From Octopus vulgaris (taxonomy: Eukaryota), in NCBI GenBank assembly GCA_951406725.2, contig OX597827.1, forward strand, positions 23,188,001-23,252,000: DNA of 64,000 nucleotides, in the 5' to 3' direction. The translations under genes and the position numbers were made by a program. How positions within the stretch are numbered: the stretch's first letter is position 1; each line of letters begins with the position of its first letter. The notes beneath the pieces are model-generated. The model was not told where the DNA came from. It ran no database searches and worked only from the letters and a program-made list of their open reading frames with translations. This document shows positions 27,315 to 41,688 of the stretch, in pieces.

Positions 27315-27696
27315 GAAGCACTCCGTCGGTTACGACGACGAGGGTTCCGGTTGATCCGAATCAACGGAACAGCCTGCTCGTGAAATTAACGTGTAAGTGG
27401 CTGAGCACTCCACAGACACGTGTACCCTTAACGTAGTTCTCGGGGATATTCAGCGTAACACAGAGAGTGACTAGGCCGGCCCTTTGAAATACAGGTACAA
27501 CAGAAACAGGAAGTAAGAGTAAGAGAAAGTTGTGGTGAAAGAGTACAGCAGGTATCACCACCATCCCCTGCCGGAGCCTCGTGGAGCTTTTAGGTGTTTT
27601 CGCTCAATAAACACTCACAACGCCCGGTCTGGGAATCGAAACCGCGATCCTATGACCGCGAGTCCGCTGCCCTAACCACTGGGCCATTGCGCCTCC
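27315..27696 (-). mobile_element. tRNA(Arg-like)-headed SINE family D
   Basis: Head GGAGGCGCAATGGCCCAGTGGTTAGGGCAGCGGACTCGCGGTC...GGTTTCGATTCCC. Copies at 32683-32854 and 33215-33592. Confidence 0.85.
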
Positions 27697-28086
27697 GCTC
27701 ACAACCATACTGTGTACTGCACAACATAACCCGCATCACCACCAGGTACATCACACATGTCCTCTCTGCTATGCTTCATCCACATAATTTTAGCCAAATA
27801 TTGGAGTGCTGACAGAAATAAACTAATTTGACCTCCATGTGACGCATATCCACTGTTAGATGGGCATACACGTACCACACACATACCTTTCTGAAGTTAC
27901 ATAGACATATGCCTACTTTATCGATATCTATTCACGGCGATGTGCAATGTAAGAATCTATGGAATCTGTTTATGGTTGCATAGAAGAACAGCTTACAATT
28001 AAATGAAGTCTCTAACGCCAAGTGGTACCTATTTACAGACTATTAAAAAATATATGATGTTTCTGCCATAGTACCTACTTACTTCA

Positions 28087-28317
28087 GGTGGCGAGCTGGC
28101 AGAATCGTTAGCACGCCGGGCGAAATGCTTAGCAGTATTTCGTCTGCCGTTACGTTCTGAGTTCAAATTCCGCCTAGGTCGACTTTGCCTTTCATCCTTT
28201 CGGAGTCGATAAATAAAGTACCAGTTACGCACTGGGGTAGATGTAATCGACTTAATCCCTTTGTCTGTCCTTGTTTGTCCCCTCTATGTTTAGCCCCTTG
28301 TGGGCAATAAAGAAATA
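28087..28317 (+). mobile_element. tRNA-derived SINE family A, representative full-length copy (roughly 25 copies or fragments in the window)
   Basis: A-box-like TGGCAGAATCG, B-box GAGTTCAAATTCC, core GCCTTTCATCCTTTCGG.GTCGATAAA, tail GCCCCTTGTGGGCAATAAAGAAATA. Other copies e.g. 1400-1630, 14575-14790, 26320-26533, 50870-51097, 57910-58127, 60132-60597. Confidence 0.88.
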
Positions 28318-29445
28318 TATATATTCTATTTATTTTCTGCTCGAGTCAACGAGGGAGCTTCTACACTGTCCGACCTGCTAGAAATGGTGACAGAATCTCC
28401 TTTAAATCAGACACAACAATCTTGAAAAAGAAAAAAAAAAAAAAGGTGAGAAAGAAATTGGTCAGTGTGGTTCTAGATACTCTTAAAAAGTCAGGAGGTT
28501 TATGGTTGGAACGTATTTGATTGCTATCTGTGCGATCAGAGCTGTGTGAAGTCATCGAGAGCAACAGGTGGTCGATGTCGACATAATGTTTTGATGCTGG
28601 AAACTATTCATTTAGCTTGGATGGTTGTCCACCACCGTGTCCAAATGACTTGTGACTTCATGGATGAGTTTCAGACAACTATTTAATGATCTGCTTGTCC
28701 AACGAGCCACTACAGGCATTCTTTTTGGATATATATATTGACAAAATATTCGTCTGAACAACAAAATAAGCAGACGAATCAAGGTAGGTAACTGTGGCAT
28801 ATCTGAATTCATACACACGCACGCACACACACGGACACACACACACGGACACACACACACGCACGCACGCATCAACACACACGCACGCACACACACACGT
28901 GCACGCACACACACACATACACGCACGCACACATACACGCACACACATACACACGCACATACACGCACACTCACACATACATGCACGCGCGCACACACCT
29001 CCGACAGGCTTCCACAATTTCTGTCTACCAAATTCACTCAGAACATGTCCTCTGTTGTGAAACTCCATCCGAAACTAAATGGTTGTAAAACGTGTTAACC
29101 ACTACCCGAGACCAATACGTTATGGGACTGTTTTATATACAATTTACCTTTTCTTAACGGAAAGAATAATTATATAATAATAATAATAATCAGACATGGA
29201 TGGAATCTAGTCTGTTTGGTTGACAAACTAGATCCCATGGTTGGCTGGTAATTTATATCCTTGGCGCTTTTGCAAGAAGGAGCAATTACAAACATGGGTG
29301 TCGTTAAAAATAAAATCAACGAAAAAAAAAAACGATGAAGGTAAAAACTAAAAAAAAGTTTTGCCAGAGCGAAGACTTGTAGAGTTGTGTCCCCTGGGTT
29401 AGCTTGGTGGAAGTCAAGATTATTAGATGAATGTATGTGTCTATG

Positions 29446-29690
29446 GTGGGGGCGCGTGGATTAGTGGTTAGGGTGTCAGCACCATGATCGTAAGATTGTA
29501 GTTTCGATTCCTGGACGGGCGACGCGTTGTGCTCTTGAGCAAAGCACTTCATTTCACGTTGCTCCAGTCCACTCAGCTAGCAAAAAGGAGTAACGCTGCG
29601 ATGGACTGGCGTCCCGTCCAGCTGGGAACTCATAGAAACCGGGAAACCGGGCCCATGAGCCTGGCTTGGCTTTAAAAAGGGCGCATTTAT
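29446..29690 (+). mobile_element. tRNA-derived CORE-SINE, single copy in the window
   Basis: TAGTGGTTAG and GTTTCGATTCC boxes, CTTGAGCAAAGCACTT CORE-like segment, GCGATGGACTGGCGTCCCGTCCAG segment. Confidence 0.7.
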
Positions 29691-29878
29691 TATTATTTTA
29701 TTATGTGTATATGATTGAGGTAGGATGAGGGGATGACTGCGAAAAGATTAGGGAGATATGGTGGAGGAGGGAAAGGTGGTAATGAGCTTGTGTGCGAAGG
29801 AGTAATGTATGTATGTATGCGTGTGCCGGTGATGTAGTGGAGGGGGGGGTAGGCACGAAGGTAGGGAGGTGAAGAGAA

Positions 29879-29918
<40 letters not shown>

Positions 29919-30021
29919 TGAGTGAAACAGAGGAACTTAGAGTTAAGGGTGGAAGGAATGGTCGGAGGGAATAAAAGAAAGTGATTCTGTGCGTTTAAGA
30001 TGGAAAAATAAAGAGACAAAT

Positions 30022-30456
30022 GATCTTTTCGGTTTGAACGGCAGTTTTTAACATAATTTCTAGGTAACTAAAAAATTTTAAACTTCGTATACTGGTAGAA
30101 TGTGTTTATAAAACATCTTTTTCTCCTGGCTTTATTGAAAAAATTCTATAGTTTGTAAGATATTTGTGGTTTTTTTTTTCAATTTCTGCAATTTCAACCA
30201 ATCAATGACGTCCATTGAGGTAAAAAAAGCATTCTGTGCCGTATGAATATGTCCCTCGTTTAAGAAACAGATTGGGTTTATTTACATTTGTGAAGAAAAA
30301 AAAGATACCTTTCTCCCCCACCTCTAACCTTAACCCTAATTAACCCTAACCTTAAAACAGATTTAAATGCAATAGATCGATACTAGGGTCATAATTATGG
30401 GTGACAATTTCATATCACACCGCTAGAAAAAACTGCCGTCCAAACCGAAAAGATCC
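30022..30456. mobile_element. Same CCCTAA-bearing MITE, copy 2
   Basis: TIRs and body match 43364-43780; no clear TSD. Confidence 0.85.
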
Positions 30457-30979
30457 CTTGGTGGACTTGGACCAATTCGTCAGAATATGCCTTCACTCAT
30501 GAATGAAGTGAATTCTATCTGGATATCCCCAATACTGAAGAGCGCAGGTTTTACATTTCTGGACGATCATGTCTGATGGCTGTTTCGTTATTCTTTCCGT
30601 TAAATAAAAGCTAATCTCTACGAAAGCCTCCGGTAGCATTTCTGTCGTCTACGATGCTAAACTCACAATACTGTATTAAAAACGACATGACTACTTTTGC
30701 TACAAGGCCAGCAAACTCAAGGGAGAGGGGTGAGTCGATTACGTCGACCCCAGTTGCTCAGCTGGTACTCATTTTATCGATCCTGAAACGATGGAAGGTA
30801 AAGTCGATCTTGGCGGAATTTAAACTCAGGAGGTAAAGACGGACGAAATGCAGCTTGGCATTTTGTCCGGCACCGTAACGACTCTGTCAGCTATCTTACA
30901 CCGAATGTGCTCTTTTTCTGGTTTATGAACTTTCACCACACACACAAATGTATAGATGTATGTATGTGCTATAAAAGAG

Positions 30980-31053
<74 letters not shown>

Positions 31054-31335
31054 TGTGTGTGTTTGTGTTAGATGGCCCTGCTAGAAATAGCAACCAGATC
31101 CCTTTGAAACCACACTCTGTCATCTTAAAAGAAAGATGGACCCTGTTAGAATTTAATACAGTTTTTAATACAATAAGTATGTCGAATGAAACATCCATGT
31201 TTTCAGTGGTGAATTATTCAAACGAAAAGATCCCCCACTACTTCTGCTCGTGATCAGAGATGCACATACCGTCAGCCATTAAGGGATATTCTCAACTGGT
31301 TAAGGTCAAACAACTGACAAGCAAACCTGTGGTTA

Positions 31336-31628
31336 AGGTGGGTGAATGTTGGAAGAATGGCCAGTGTGAAAGGACCAATTCTGAGCGTGCACCTATAAAA
31401 AAAAAAAAAGACGGGCTCTTGCCCCGTTGTTCAGGCACCCGTGGCTTTTGTGGGTTTTTACTCGAGGACCTTAGAGTGCATCCCCTATCGGGAGTTTTAA
31501 TTTGTTCAACTTTGTTTTGTTATTACATTGTGTACACGCGAAAACCTAATCGTCCAGTTTTTGTCTTTAATGTTATTGCATGTCCTTTAATGTTTTTTTT
31601 ATGTGAGCCCTTGTGGCTAATAAAGAAT
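31336..31628 (+). mobile_element. Related L1/Tx1-clade LINE 3' end followed by (ATC)n
   Basis: RWVNVGRMASVKGPILSVHL* is homologous to the 41163-41228 peptide; ends AGCCCTTGTGGCTAATAAAGAA. Confidence 0.65.
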
Positions 31629-33874
31629 TCATCATCATCATTATTATTATTGTTGTTGTTTTTATAATAGATCAACAGGTGTCACAGATTGTATACAACT
31701 ATTATACCAACAACAACAACCGCTCTGCTTCACACCACCACCACCGCCGCCGCCATCACCACCACTGCAACTACTACTACTACTACTACTACTTCGTTTG
31801 TTGCGTCATCACCACCGTCATCATCACCGTCGTCAACGCCTCCACCACCACCTCTCCTAATACCCACCACTCTGCCATCATCGCTAACAATCTGCTGATA
31901 ATAACAGCCAAATCTACCTCAAATCACATTCGATAACATTTTAGCAAAAAAAAAAAAGTCCTACACATAGGATTCTTTAACAGGAGATGGGGGTGGTCAG
32001 GGATGGAATGCTTTTGATCATAAGGTTTGCTTGATCTAGACTGGCAGGTGGTGGTGGCGGTGGGGGGTGGGGTAAACACTACTACCACCACCAACAACAA
32101 TAACAACACAACGTTAACGATAACAATAGTAATCCTTACGTGGTCCAATTTTGACCTGGGGCTAAATAACAACAGCAAGTCCGTCCTTCCCTCACATGAA
32201 AAGAAGTTGGTTAGTTTTAGTTCTTGCAGACATCTCCTCCTCTTACACCATCACCACCACCACCTTGGGCAGATTAAGAAAGAGAGGAGGTAATTAAGGT
32301 CAGGTGGTGGTGGTGGTGGGAGAGTCGGTACTTGGGGTTGGGGGCCAAGGTTTATCTTTTGTTGCTTACTTTGTGAAGTTACACTTTAATTAAAGTGATG
32401 ACGGGGGAGGGGAGTGAGGTATGGGATGGGTGGAATGGTGGTGGTGGTGGTGGGTAATGGGTAAAGGGTGGAGGACGCGGCTTTTTGTGTTGTTTTTCCA
32501 CTTATTTCTGTTTGGAAACAAAATAGGGTTTACTCTTCATCTCCCCCTCTTCCACCCACCCCATCTTTCACAACCAACGTCGCCAGCACTACTAATTCAC
32601 CGGCACTTCCACCACCTCTCCTAATATCCACCACTCTCCCATCATTATCATTATACCACTGCTACCGCCCCCACCACCACCGAGAGAAAGATGTGGTGAA
32701 AGTATAGCAGGGTTCGCCACCACCTCCTGTCGGAGCCTCATGGAGCTTTAGATGTTTTCGCTCAATAAACACTCACAACGTCTGGTCTGGGAATTAAAAC
32801 CGCGATCCCACGACTGCAAGTCTGCTGCCCTAACCACTGGGCCATTGCGCCTCCACAACAAAGATATGCCTTTACGATGCAAGAACTGTAATAAGGAGAG
32901 ATAGGGAAGTTATAGACCCTCACATGTCAGAATTATGTTGTGTTAAACCAGTAAATAAAAATCTCACCCACATCCTTAGCAGCTGCCAAAAAATGTCCAC
33001 AACATGGTACCTTCGCACGAGGCATTTGGTCCTGATGGCCATACCAAAGACACATCGGAATCAGAATATATCCTCATCTTTAAAAAATAAGGAATACTTT
33101 GATTTGCAAAGACTCCATTAGCAACACAACAGGATCACAAGCTCACTGTGTCTACTCCTACCTACTGCTTCTAGGATGGTCTCTACTCCATTCAACTAAC
33201 AATTACTATTCGCGGCACACTGTCATTTGAGACTACGAGAGTTCCAGTTGATCCGATCAACGGAACAGCCTGCTCGTGAAATTAACGTGCAAGTGGCTGA
33301 GTACTCCACAGACACGTGTATCCTTAATGTAGTTCTCGGGGAGATTCAGCGTGACACAGAGTGTGACATGGCTGGCCCCTTTGAAATACAGGTACAACAG
33401 AAACAGGAAGAAAGAGTGAGAGAAAGTTGTGGTGAAAGAGTACAGCAGGATTCGCCACCACCCCCTGCCGGAGCCTCGTGAAGCTTTAGGTGTTTTCGCT
33501 CAATAAACACACACAATGCCTGGTCTGGGAATAGAAACCGTGATCCCATGACCGAGAGTCCGCTGCCCTAACCACTGGGCCATTGCACCTCCACAACAAT
33601 GAATATGACACATCACAATCATACAGATCCGTCTGATACTCCTCTACCTCACTCTTTTACTAATTCATTTAATTTCACCTCTCAGATTGAACCACTCACC
33701 TGTCCTTCCACTTTGACAATCCACTGTATTATTCTTCCATCTCACGTGGTTATTGTTGGTCATCAGACCAGCCCTGTTTCAAAATATCTTTGATCAAAAA
33801 AGATTCCAGTTGTGACCAACCCATTTTTTCTGGATATAGTGGACGCCGGACTGGACATTAATGTGACTGGAGGG

Positions 33875-34582
33875 CAATGGTGACTCGTGTATAGGCACTG
33901 CGGAACTGCAGCACCCCTTGTTTCCACTCGATATTATCAATAACATTCAATATAACGAGTCCTTTTTTCTTTAATTCTTTCGTTATACTTGTACATTTTA
34001 TAATCCTTAAGCTTAATGTCAGTAGCCATCTCCTAGTTTATGAAAAAAAACCCACAAATATCCTTGTATAGAACTGTGTGCTTCATAGTTCAAGTGACAC
34101 GGTGTTTGGCTGTTGTGCGCATAATCACATGTCTGAGATAGGAAGCTTCACGCTAGGGAGAGAGAGTACTGTTGTTCACACTGTGTTGACCCCGGTGTTC
34201 CGCTGAAAGGTAGTGTTTCTTTTTGACTCCGCATGTGTTGTGCTTAAAAATGTGTTTATATTCTTGAAAGTGATAAAGTGTAGAATTAGATTATTATCCT
34301 ACTTCCAGCTTCAGTGTTGCTACCAAGATTTGAAAAATAGGGCAAATTTCCCCCATCCTTATTTTGCGATTTAGGGGAGTTTTTGAAAAACAAGGGGGAA
34401 TTCGCACGGTGTTCAGTGAACAAATTAAACACACTCCTCGGCAGTGGCTAAAACACGAACCGATCAAGTTTATGGATAAATATTCTTTCTATATGTTTCT
34501 TTTCTTTTACACAATATTAAAACAATGGCTAAAAATTTTCTGAAGCAGCATCCCCACTAATTTTATCTACGAATTGCCACTG
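33875..34582. mobile_element. Non-autonomous hAT element
   Basis: 8-bp TSD CTGGAGGG on both sides; imperfect TIR CAATGGTGACTCGT / ACGAATTGCCACTG. Confidence 0.75.
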
Positions 34583-36401
34583 CTGGAGGGAAATGTGGCT
34601 GCTTGTTCTAGCAGTGCAACAATTTTAATCCAACGAATCGGTCTGAATATTTGTTTTTTTTAAAGCCTGTTATTTATGTTATCGGTCTCTTTTGCCGAAC
34701 TGTTAAGTCACAGGCACGTAAACACACCAACATCAGTTGTCAGTCGGTGGTGGGGAACAATCAGACACACATGATGAGCTTCTTTCAGTTTCCGTTTACC
34801 GAAGCCACTCACAAGACTTTGGTCGGCCCATGGCTACAGTACAAGACACTTGCCCAAGGCGTCACACAGTGGGATTGAACTCAAAATCATGCATAGTACA
34901 CCAACCGCAAACCTCTTACCACACAGCCATACCTGCGCCTAAATTTCTAAATAAGGATCGGTTACATTTGAAGGACAAACATGAACCCCATTCCCCCACC
35001 TGCCGCCTCCATTTCCTTCGACTGGGGTGAGTGGCGGGGATGGAGATAGAAGGGTGCCGGCGGAGACATTGTAGTGAGGGTAGCAGAGACGAAGGTAGGG
35101 TGGTGGTGTGTCAATGACGTAGTTTAAGTAAAGCTGGGAAGAGGTTGTAGGTAACTTAATAAAGACTAGCTTAATCTCCCTAATCTTAACCCCTAAGGGA
35201 TAAAGAGACAACTTAGCTGCTTTGTGTTATGTCACCCTCTACATCCTCCCGCAGCTTCTTAACCTTCAAATGAAACTTATATTTTGTGAGAATAAATAGA
35301 TTTGATGGCGGGGTTTCAATGGAGGAGGTGAGTGGTGTGACTTGTTTATAGGTATACCAACTGCGTATGATGTCATGGCTAAGATAACAGTCCACCTGCT
35401 TCTTTCTTAATTTAGTTAATCTCTCCTTCGTCTCTTCGTGTATTTATTTGTCATTGGATTTCTGTAAAACAATGCTTTTCTTCACAATAATTATCATTAA
35501 AGTCTCCTGATTTCATTCTTTTCATTACAAATATAATTTCAATTGATTAAAAAAATCTGATGGGAGATGACTCACTACATGAGATATGTTAGCCAGATCT
35601 TAACTCTATGTTCTTGATGCAAAAGGCACACCTGGGATATTTTCCCATATCACGATTTTAAAACACTCAATTGATGAATGTTTCCTCTAAAAACATTGCT
35701 CTACTCCTTTATGCTAAGGTCTGTTAAATACCAGAAACACTATATTTCGCTGTTGAGGTCCAATAAGAAGGAAACAACTAAGTTTCTTCCTCTCTTTTCC
35801 AAGCACCAGTTTCAGTTTTCACTGCTTCTCTCTTTTCCATTCACATTCTGATCGGTTTGAACCTTTGAGTTGCCTTCCCTGTCTTTCATGACAAGGATTA
35901 TGATCTGAAGCTAAAACAGTGGAGACGGAATTTGTCTAAGCATACGGTGATCATGGGGTGATATTCATTACTGATGATGCGTATGTATGCAGAAATCCTG
36001 GGATTTAGCAAATCTACCGCCACTGCTGGATGCCCTTCCTCTGCTACTGATAAACTTTTATGCTTTTTAGCACTATTCATCTATAAAAATATTTACTCAA
36101 GATGAATACCGCAGTATTATGGCATTTTTGCATTATATCCACGTCAAGTATGATATACAGATCGCAATTTTAAACTAATACTGCTTCTGTTGCTAACAAC
36201 GAATTTTTGAAAGCTAATAATTTTTCTCTTCATTAAGGGTGTCCTTCTAATTAGTAAAATGTGTTTTAGGGAATCATTGCATAAAATATCTTAGCCTCCA
36301 CTTAAAGATATGTGTATATGTGTGTGTGTGTGTGTTTTATCGGTTTATGCATGAATCAATCAATATCCAGAAAAAACCATCTGTCGTTGATACCAAACAT
36401 A

Positions 36402-36478
<77 letters not shown>

Positions 36479-36886
36479 GTGTGTGTGTGTGTCTGTGTGT
36501 GTGTATGAGTGGCTGTGTGGTAAGAAGCTTGCTTCCCAACCACATTGTTCCGGGTTCGGTCCCACTGTGTGGCACCTTGGGCAAGTGTCTTCTACTATAC
36601 CTTCGAGCCGATCAAAGTATTGTGAGTGGATCTGGTGGATGGAAACTGAAAGAAGCCCATCATATATATGTATATATTTAATATAATATATATATATATA
36701 TATATATGCGTATGTGTATATATATATATGTCTATGTATACATTTGTGCGTGTCTGTGTTTGTCCCCCCACCATCGCCTGACAACCGCTGTTGGTATGTT
36801 TAAGTTCTCGTAACTTAGCGGTTCAGCATAAATGAACGACAGAATAAGTAGTGGGCTTACAAAGAATAAGTTCTGGGGTCGATCTA

Positions 36887-38179
36887 CGAGGGGTGTATGA
36901 AAAGTTTTGGGCCTAACCTAGAAATGGGGCTGCTAGGTAACTGAAACAATTTTTTTTTGGTAAGTACAGTCTTTTCGGAGTATTCTTGCTCATTTTCATG
37001 ATTCTAATATTTAAATTTTTTTTGTTGTTGCAGATTTTTGAATAAATAAGTGTCGAGGTTACAAGGAAAATGGAGAAAACTAAGTATCGTGCTGTCATAA
37101 AGTACCTTCATTTGAAAGGCATGACTCCATCAGAAATCCCTGAAGATATGGTGAGAACCTTAACAGACAATGCTCTTTCATATGCAACAGTCAAATGCTG
37201 GGTAAATGAATTCCAGCGTGGCAGGGAAAGTGTGGAAGATGATCCCAGACCAAGGAGACCTCCAATTGCAACCACCGAGGATAACATTGACTTTGCTCTT
37301 GGTATGATAATGCAAGATCGTCGAATATCATGTTGTCTCATAGCCAAGAGACTGGGGATCTCAACTGAAAGAGCAGACAACATTGTGACAAAAGAACTTG
37401 GGTTCCAAAGGTTTCTGCAAGGTGGGTCCTCACATTCTGACTCCTGAACAGAGATGCCCCAGGTGCACTTTGTCTACGAGCAATCTGGAACTGTTTGAAG
37501 CCGATGAAGAGAATTTTCTTGCTCGTTTCATTACTATGGACGAAAGTTGGGTTCATCACTACCAGCCTGAAACCAAAAAGCAATCAAAGCAGTGGTGACA
37601 CACATCTTCTCCTACCCCAAAGAAGGCCAGGGTCATTCCTTCAGCTGGTAAGGTCATGGCATCTGTTTTTTTTTTATTCTCAAGGTGTCTTACTGATCGA
37701 TTACCTTGAAAAGGGTCACACCGTTATATGTCTGTATTATTCTCAGCTACTGAAATGCCTCCGAGAAGCAATCAAAGAAAAAAGGCCAGGAATGCTCACC
37801 AGAGGAGTCCTTTTTCATCACAACAATGCTCCAGGCCACACCTCAGTGATTGCCATGGCAACAATTCGTGATTGTGGATACGAACTTGTTCCCCATCCTT
37901 ATTCGACAGACTTAGCCCCCTCCGACTTTCATCTATTTCCAAAAATGAAAAAAGCCCTGGCTGGTTGCTATTTTGCCAGTGACAATGATGTCATAGGCGC
38001 TGTGGGAAGTTTCTTGGAGTCCCAAACAAAAGAGTTCCTCTGCGCCGGGATAATGGCGCTTCAGCACTGCTAGAGAAAGTGTTCAGCCATCAAAGGGGAC
38101 TATGTTGAAAAATAAATCATCAGAAGTCTTGTGCTATGTTTTGATATTTTGAGGCTCAAGACTTTTCATACACCCCTCG
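36887..38179 (+). mobile_element. Near full-length mariner (DD34D) DNA transposon, inactive
   Basis: TIRs CGAGGGGTGTATGAAAAGT / ACTTTTCATACACCCCTCG, TA on both sides, 1293 bp. Inserted inside a family B SINE. Confidence 0.93.
37070..38115 (+). pseudogene. Mariner transposase pseudogene
   Basis: Motifs WVPH, ITMDESWVHHYQPETK, HHNNAPGH (second catalytic D replaced by N), YSTDLAPSDFHLF and GDYVEK*, spread over several frames with in-frame stops. Confidence 0.92.
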
Positions 38180-38573
38180 TATTCGACTAGAGGCTGTGCT
38201 CCAGCATGGCCGCTGTCAAATGACTGAAACAAGTAAAAGAATAAAACAATAAAAGAATATACACAAATCGACCCCAGAGCTTATTTTTTGAACCCTAATA
38301 CTTATTTTATCGGTCTCTTTTGTAGGACCGCTAAGTTATAGGGACGTAAACACACCAACACCGGTTGCCAGGTGGTGGTCGGGGATAAACACAGACAAAA
38401 GCACACATGCGAAAGCCACACTCGCATAGAACCCCCCCCCCCCCAGCACACACACACGGGTTTCTTTCATTTTCCTTCTACCAAATCCACTCACAAGGCT
38501 CAGGCTGGCGCTACACACACACACACTCACCCACAGACACACACACACACTCACACACAGACACACACACACA

Positions 38574-38664
<91 letters not shown>

Positions 38665-38670
<6 letters not shown>

Positions 38671-39277
38671 ACACCTCGCCATATTGTGTTTCACCTATCG
38701 CAGTTTATTATTTAAGCTTACGTCAAATCCTCCGTGGTGTTGTTTTGCATTTATCTCTCTCTATATAAACGGCAGTTTGTCTGTGTGTGTTTCTGTGTGT
38801 CTGTTAGGTTGTACCCTCACCCTGACCACGGCTTTCAACCGATTCTGATGAAACTTGACACACACATAGCCCAATGTCATAATTCAAAACTAACGCAGCG
38901 AAAATTTTGAAAAGTTCCCCCAGTTCTGAAAAAGATCGATAAATTCGACATGGGGTCGACAATCAGAAACACAAACCACAGATGGTCTAGGGGACGCAAC
39001 TCGACCTTTTTAACTATCAAAAAAAAATTTACCATCATTTTTTTTCCCATTTTTTTGCTATTTTTTGGCTATAACTCTCTAAAAATGCTTTATAGTTATT
39101 TCCCTTACAAACCCGAGCAACGCCGGGCGATACTACTAGTAATAAGATAAATATATACAAATTATAAAAATAGTAACAATAAAAAATATACAGTACCGTA
39201 CTGTTTCTACTTCGCAGATTTTCACCTATCGCGAGGGGTTTTGGAACGTAACGCTCATGATAGTCAAAAGATTACTG
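38665..39277. mobile_element. pogo/Tigger-like MITE interrupted by the Helitron
   Basis: Right end ...GATTACTG-TA; eroded left end AGTAACACCTCG; TTCACCTATCGC motif present on both sides of the Helitron. Confidence 0.5.
38754..39139 (+). mobile_element. Non-autonomous Helitron
   Basis: A|TC start, same subterminal hairpin, CTAG|T end. Confidence 0.8.
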
Positions 39278-39289
39278 TACATTTATGAT

Positions 39290-40042
<753 letters not shown>

Positions 40043-40774
40043 CGTTCGACTCATCATGCAGCCATACTTGACACCTGTCGATTGTACAGCATCTCAGCTG
40101 TAAGGTACAGGTATATGATGAAAAGAAACGATCGTAGCGGTTTTTGAATGAAGAGTTTTGTGAATTCCATTTTCTGTCCCTGATCTTTTTATATAAACTC
40201 TCTCCATACTGTTGTGGACACCAGGTAACTGAGTACTGTGTACAGGCTTTACATTGCATACTACAAGGTGTATAACCGAATATAGAATTATTACTTAAAA
40301 TATGTGTGCGTGCGTGTGTATGTATGTGTGTTTGTGCGTGTGCGTGTGAGAGAGAGAGAGAGAGAAAAGGGAGAAAGGGAGAGAATGAAAGAGAGAAAGA
40401 GAGAGAGAGAGAATTGGTCAACTGGCAATGTTGTTAGAGCACCGAACTGAATGCTTTGCATCATTCCACTCCGCCCAACCCACCTTCCGAGCTCAAACTT
40501 GTCAAATTTACCTGTCATCCTTTTGGGGTCGATAAATAAAGTGCCACTCAAGCACGTGGAGTATATTCTGCCTCTTCTTTGCTCGCTGGAAGAAATCGAT
40601 GGTTTCTATCTATCTATCTATCTATCTTTCTATCAATCTGTCTGACTGTCTGTCTGTCCATCCATCTATCTGCCTATATAATATGTGTGTGTATGTGTGA
40701 GTGCAGGCGTGCATGCGTCGCTGTTCATCTGCCCATTTATCTATCTGTCCATCTATCTATCCATCCATCCATCC

Positions 40775-40810
<36 letters not shown>

Positions 40811-40886
40811 GTCTGTCTGTCTATACATCTATCCATCTATCTATCTATCTATCTGTCTGTCTGTCTGTCTGTCTATCCATCTATCC

Positions 40887-40954
<68 letters not shown>

Positions 40955-40957
<3 letters not shown>

Positions 40958-41688
40958 GTCAATATTGTCACGCCTCCTTCCTTCAAACGGGAAGGAAGAG
41001 CTATTTTCATCATCCTTGTGGCTATGGCGAAAGAATGTATCTGGTGGACGCGTCTGAAAGGATTGGAGACAAACACTTTCCTCTCTGGTCAATCTCTCAT
41101 CAACCTCTTCAAGTACCACTTGAAAAGGAAAGTGAGAGTAGAGAGGCGAATGTTTTAAAAAAAGATGGGTGAATGTAGCAAGGATGGCACGTATGAATGA
41201 CGAAGCCACCTTGAGCATGATCCTATGAACCCAGAAAGTGAAAACAGAGGGTTACCCACTTGCAAACAAATGTGGTAACATATTACAATATTGACCAAGG
41301 TTACCGTGGTCTTTTTTCGGAGGCTTTTCTTCCCACGGATAAACCTTACTTGCTTTCCCCTTTACACCATATATCATAACACTGTGATACACGATCCCTA
41401 TTGGTCGTTCTTTTTTTTCCTCTTCCCCCTTTTTTCTTCTTTGTTCATTTCTCTTTTCTTTTGTTCCTTTTCCTTTTCTCTTTTTTTTTCTTTTTATTCT
41501 TTTTATTTTTTATTTTATTTATTTATTTATTTATTATTTTTTTTTTGGGGGTCTTTTCTTCCCTTTTACGATCCCTCTTGATCGAAAACCTACGCCACCC
41601 CCTTTTTTTTTTTCATCCCCCAAAAGAAAAGCTCTACCTTGTAACTTGTCCCATCTGTGTGCAGCCCTGTATGGCCAATAAAGAAACT
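40955..41688 (+). mobile_element. L1/Tx1-clade LINE 3' end embedded in (CTAT)n
   Basis: [21 protein letters not shown]...[13 protein letters not shown] / KRWVNVARMARM...IL*, a T-rich UTR, then a stem-loop and AATAAAGAAA. Confidence 0.72.

Noticed and set aside
27620-27696. Possible tRNA gene
   Set aside because: A and B boxes are present, but the acceptor and anticodon stems do not pair, and the head continues into a SINE body present in three copies.
30318-30356. Interstitial telomere or chromosome-fusion scar
   Set aside because: Only 2-3 degenerate CCCTAA units, located inside a multi-copy MITE.
35960-36012. Second hammerhead-like core CTGATGA-stem-GAAA on the + strand
   Set aside because: Stem II closes with U-A rather than R-Y and stem I is only about 3 bp; probably chance.
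35400-36300. Possible decayed LINE endonuclease (SDH and GDFN peptides on the - strand)
   Set aside because: The motifs occur in the wrong order and the frames are full of stops; left unassigned.
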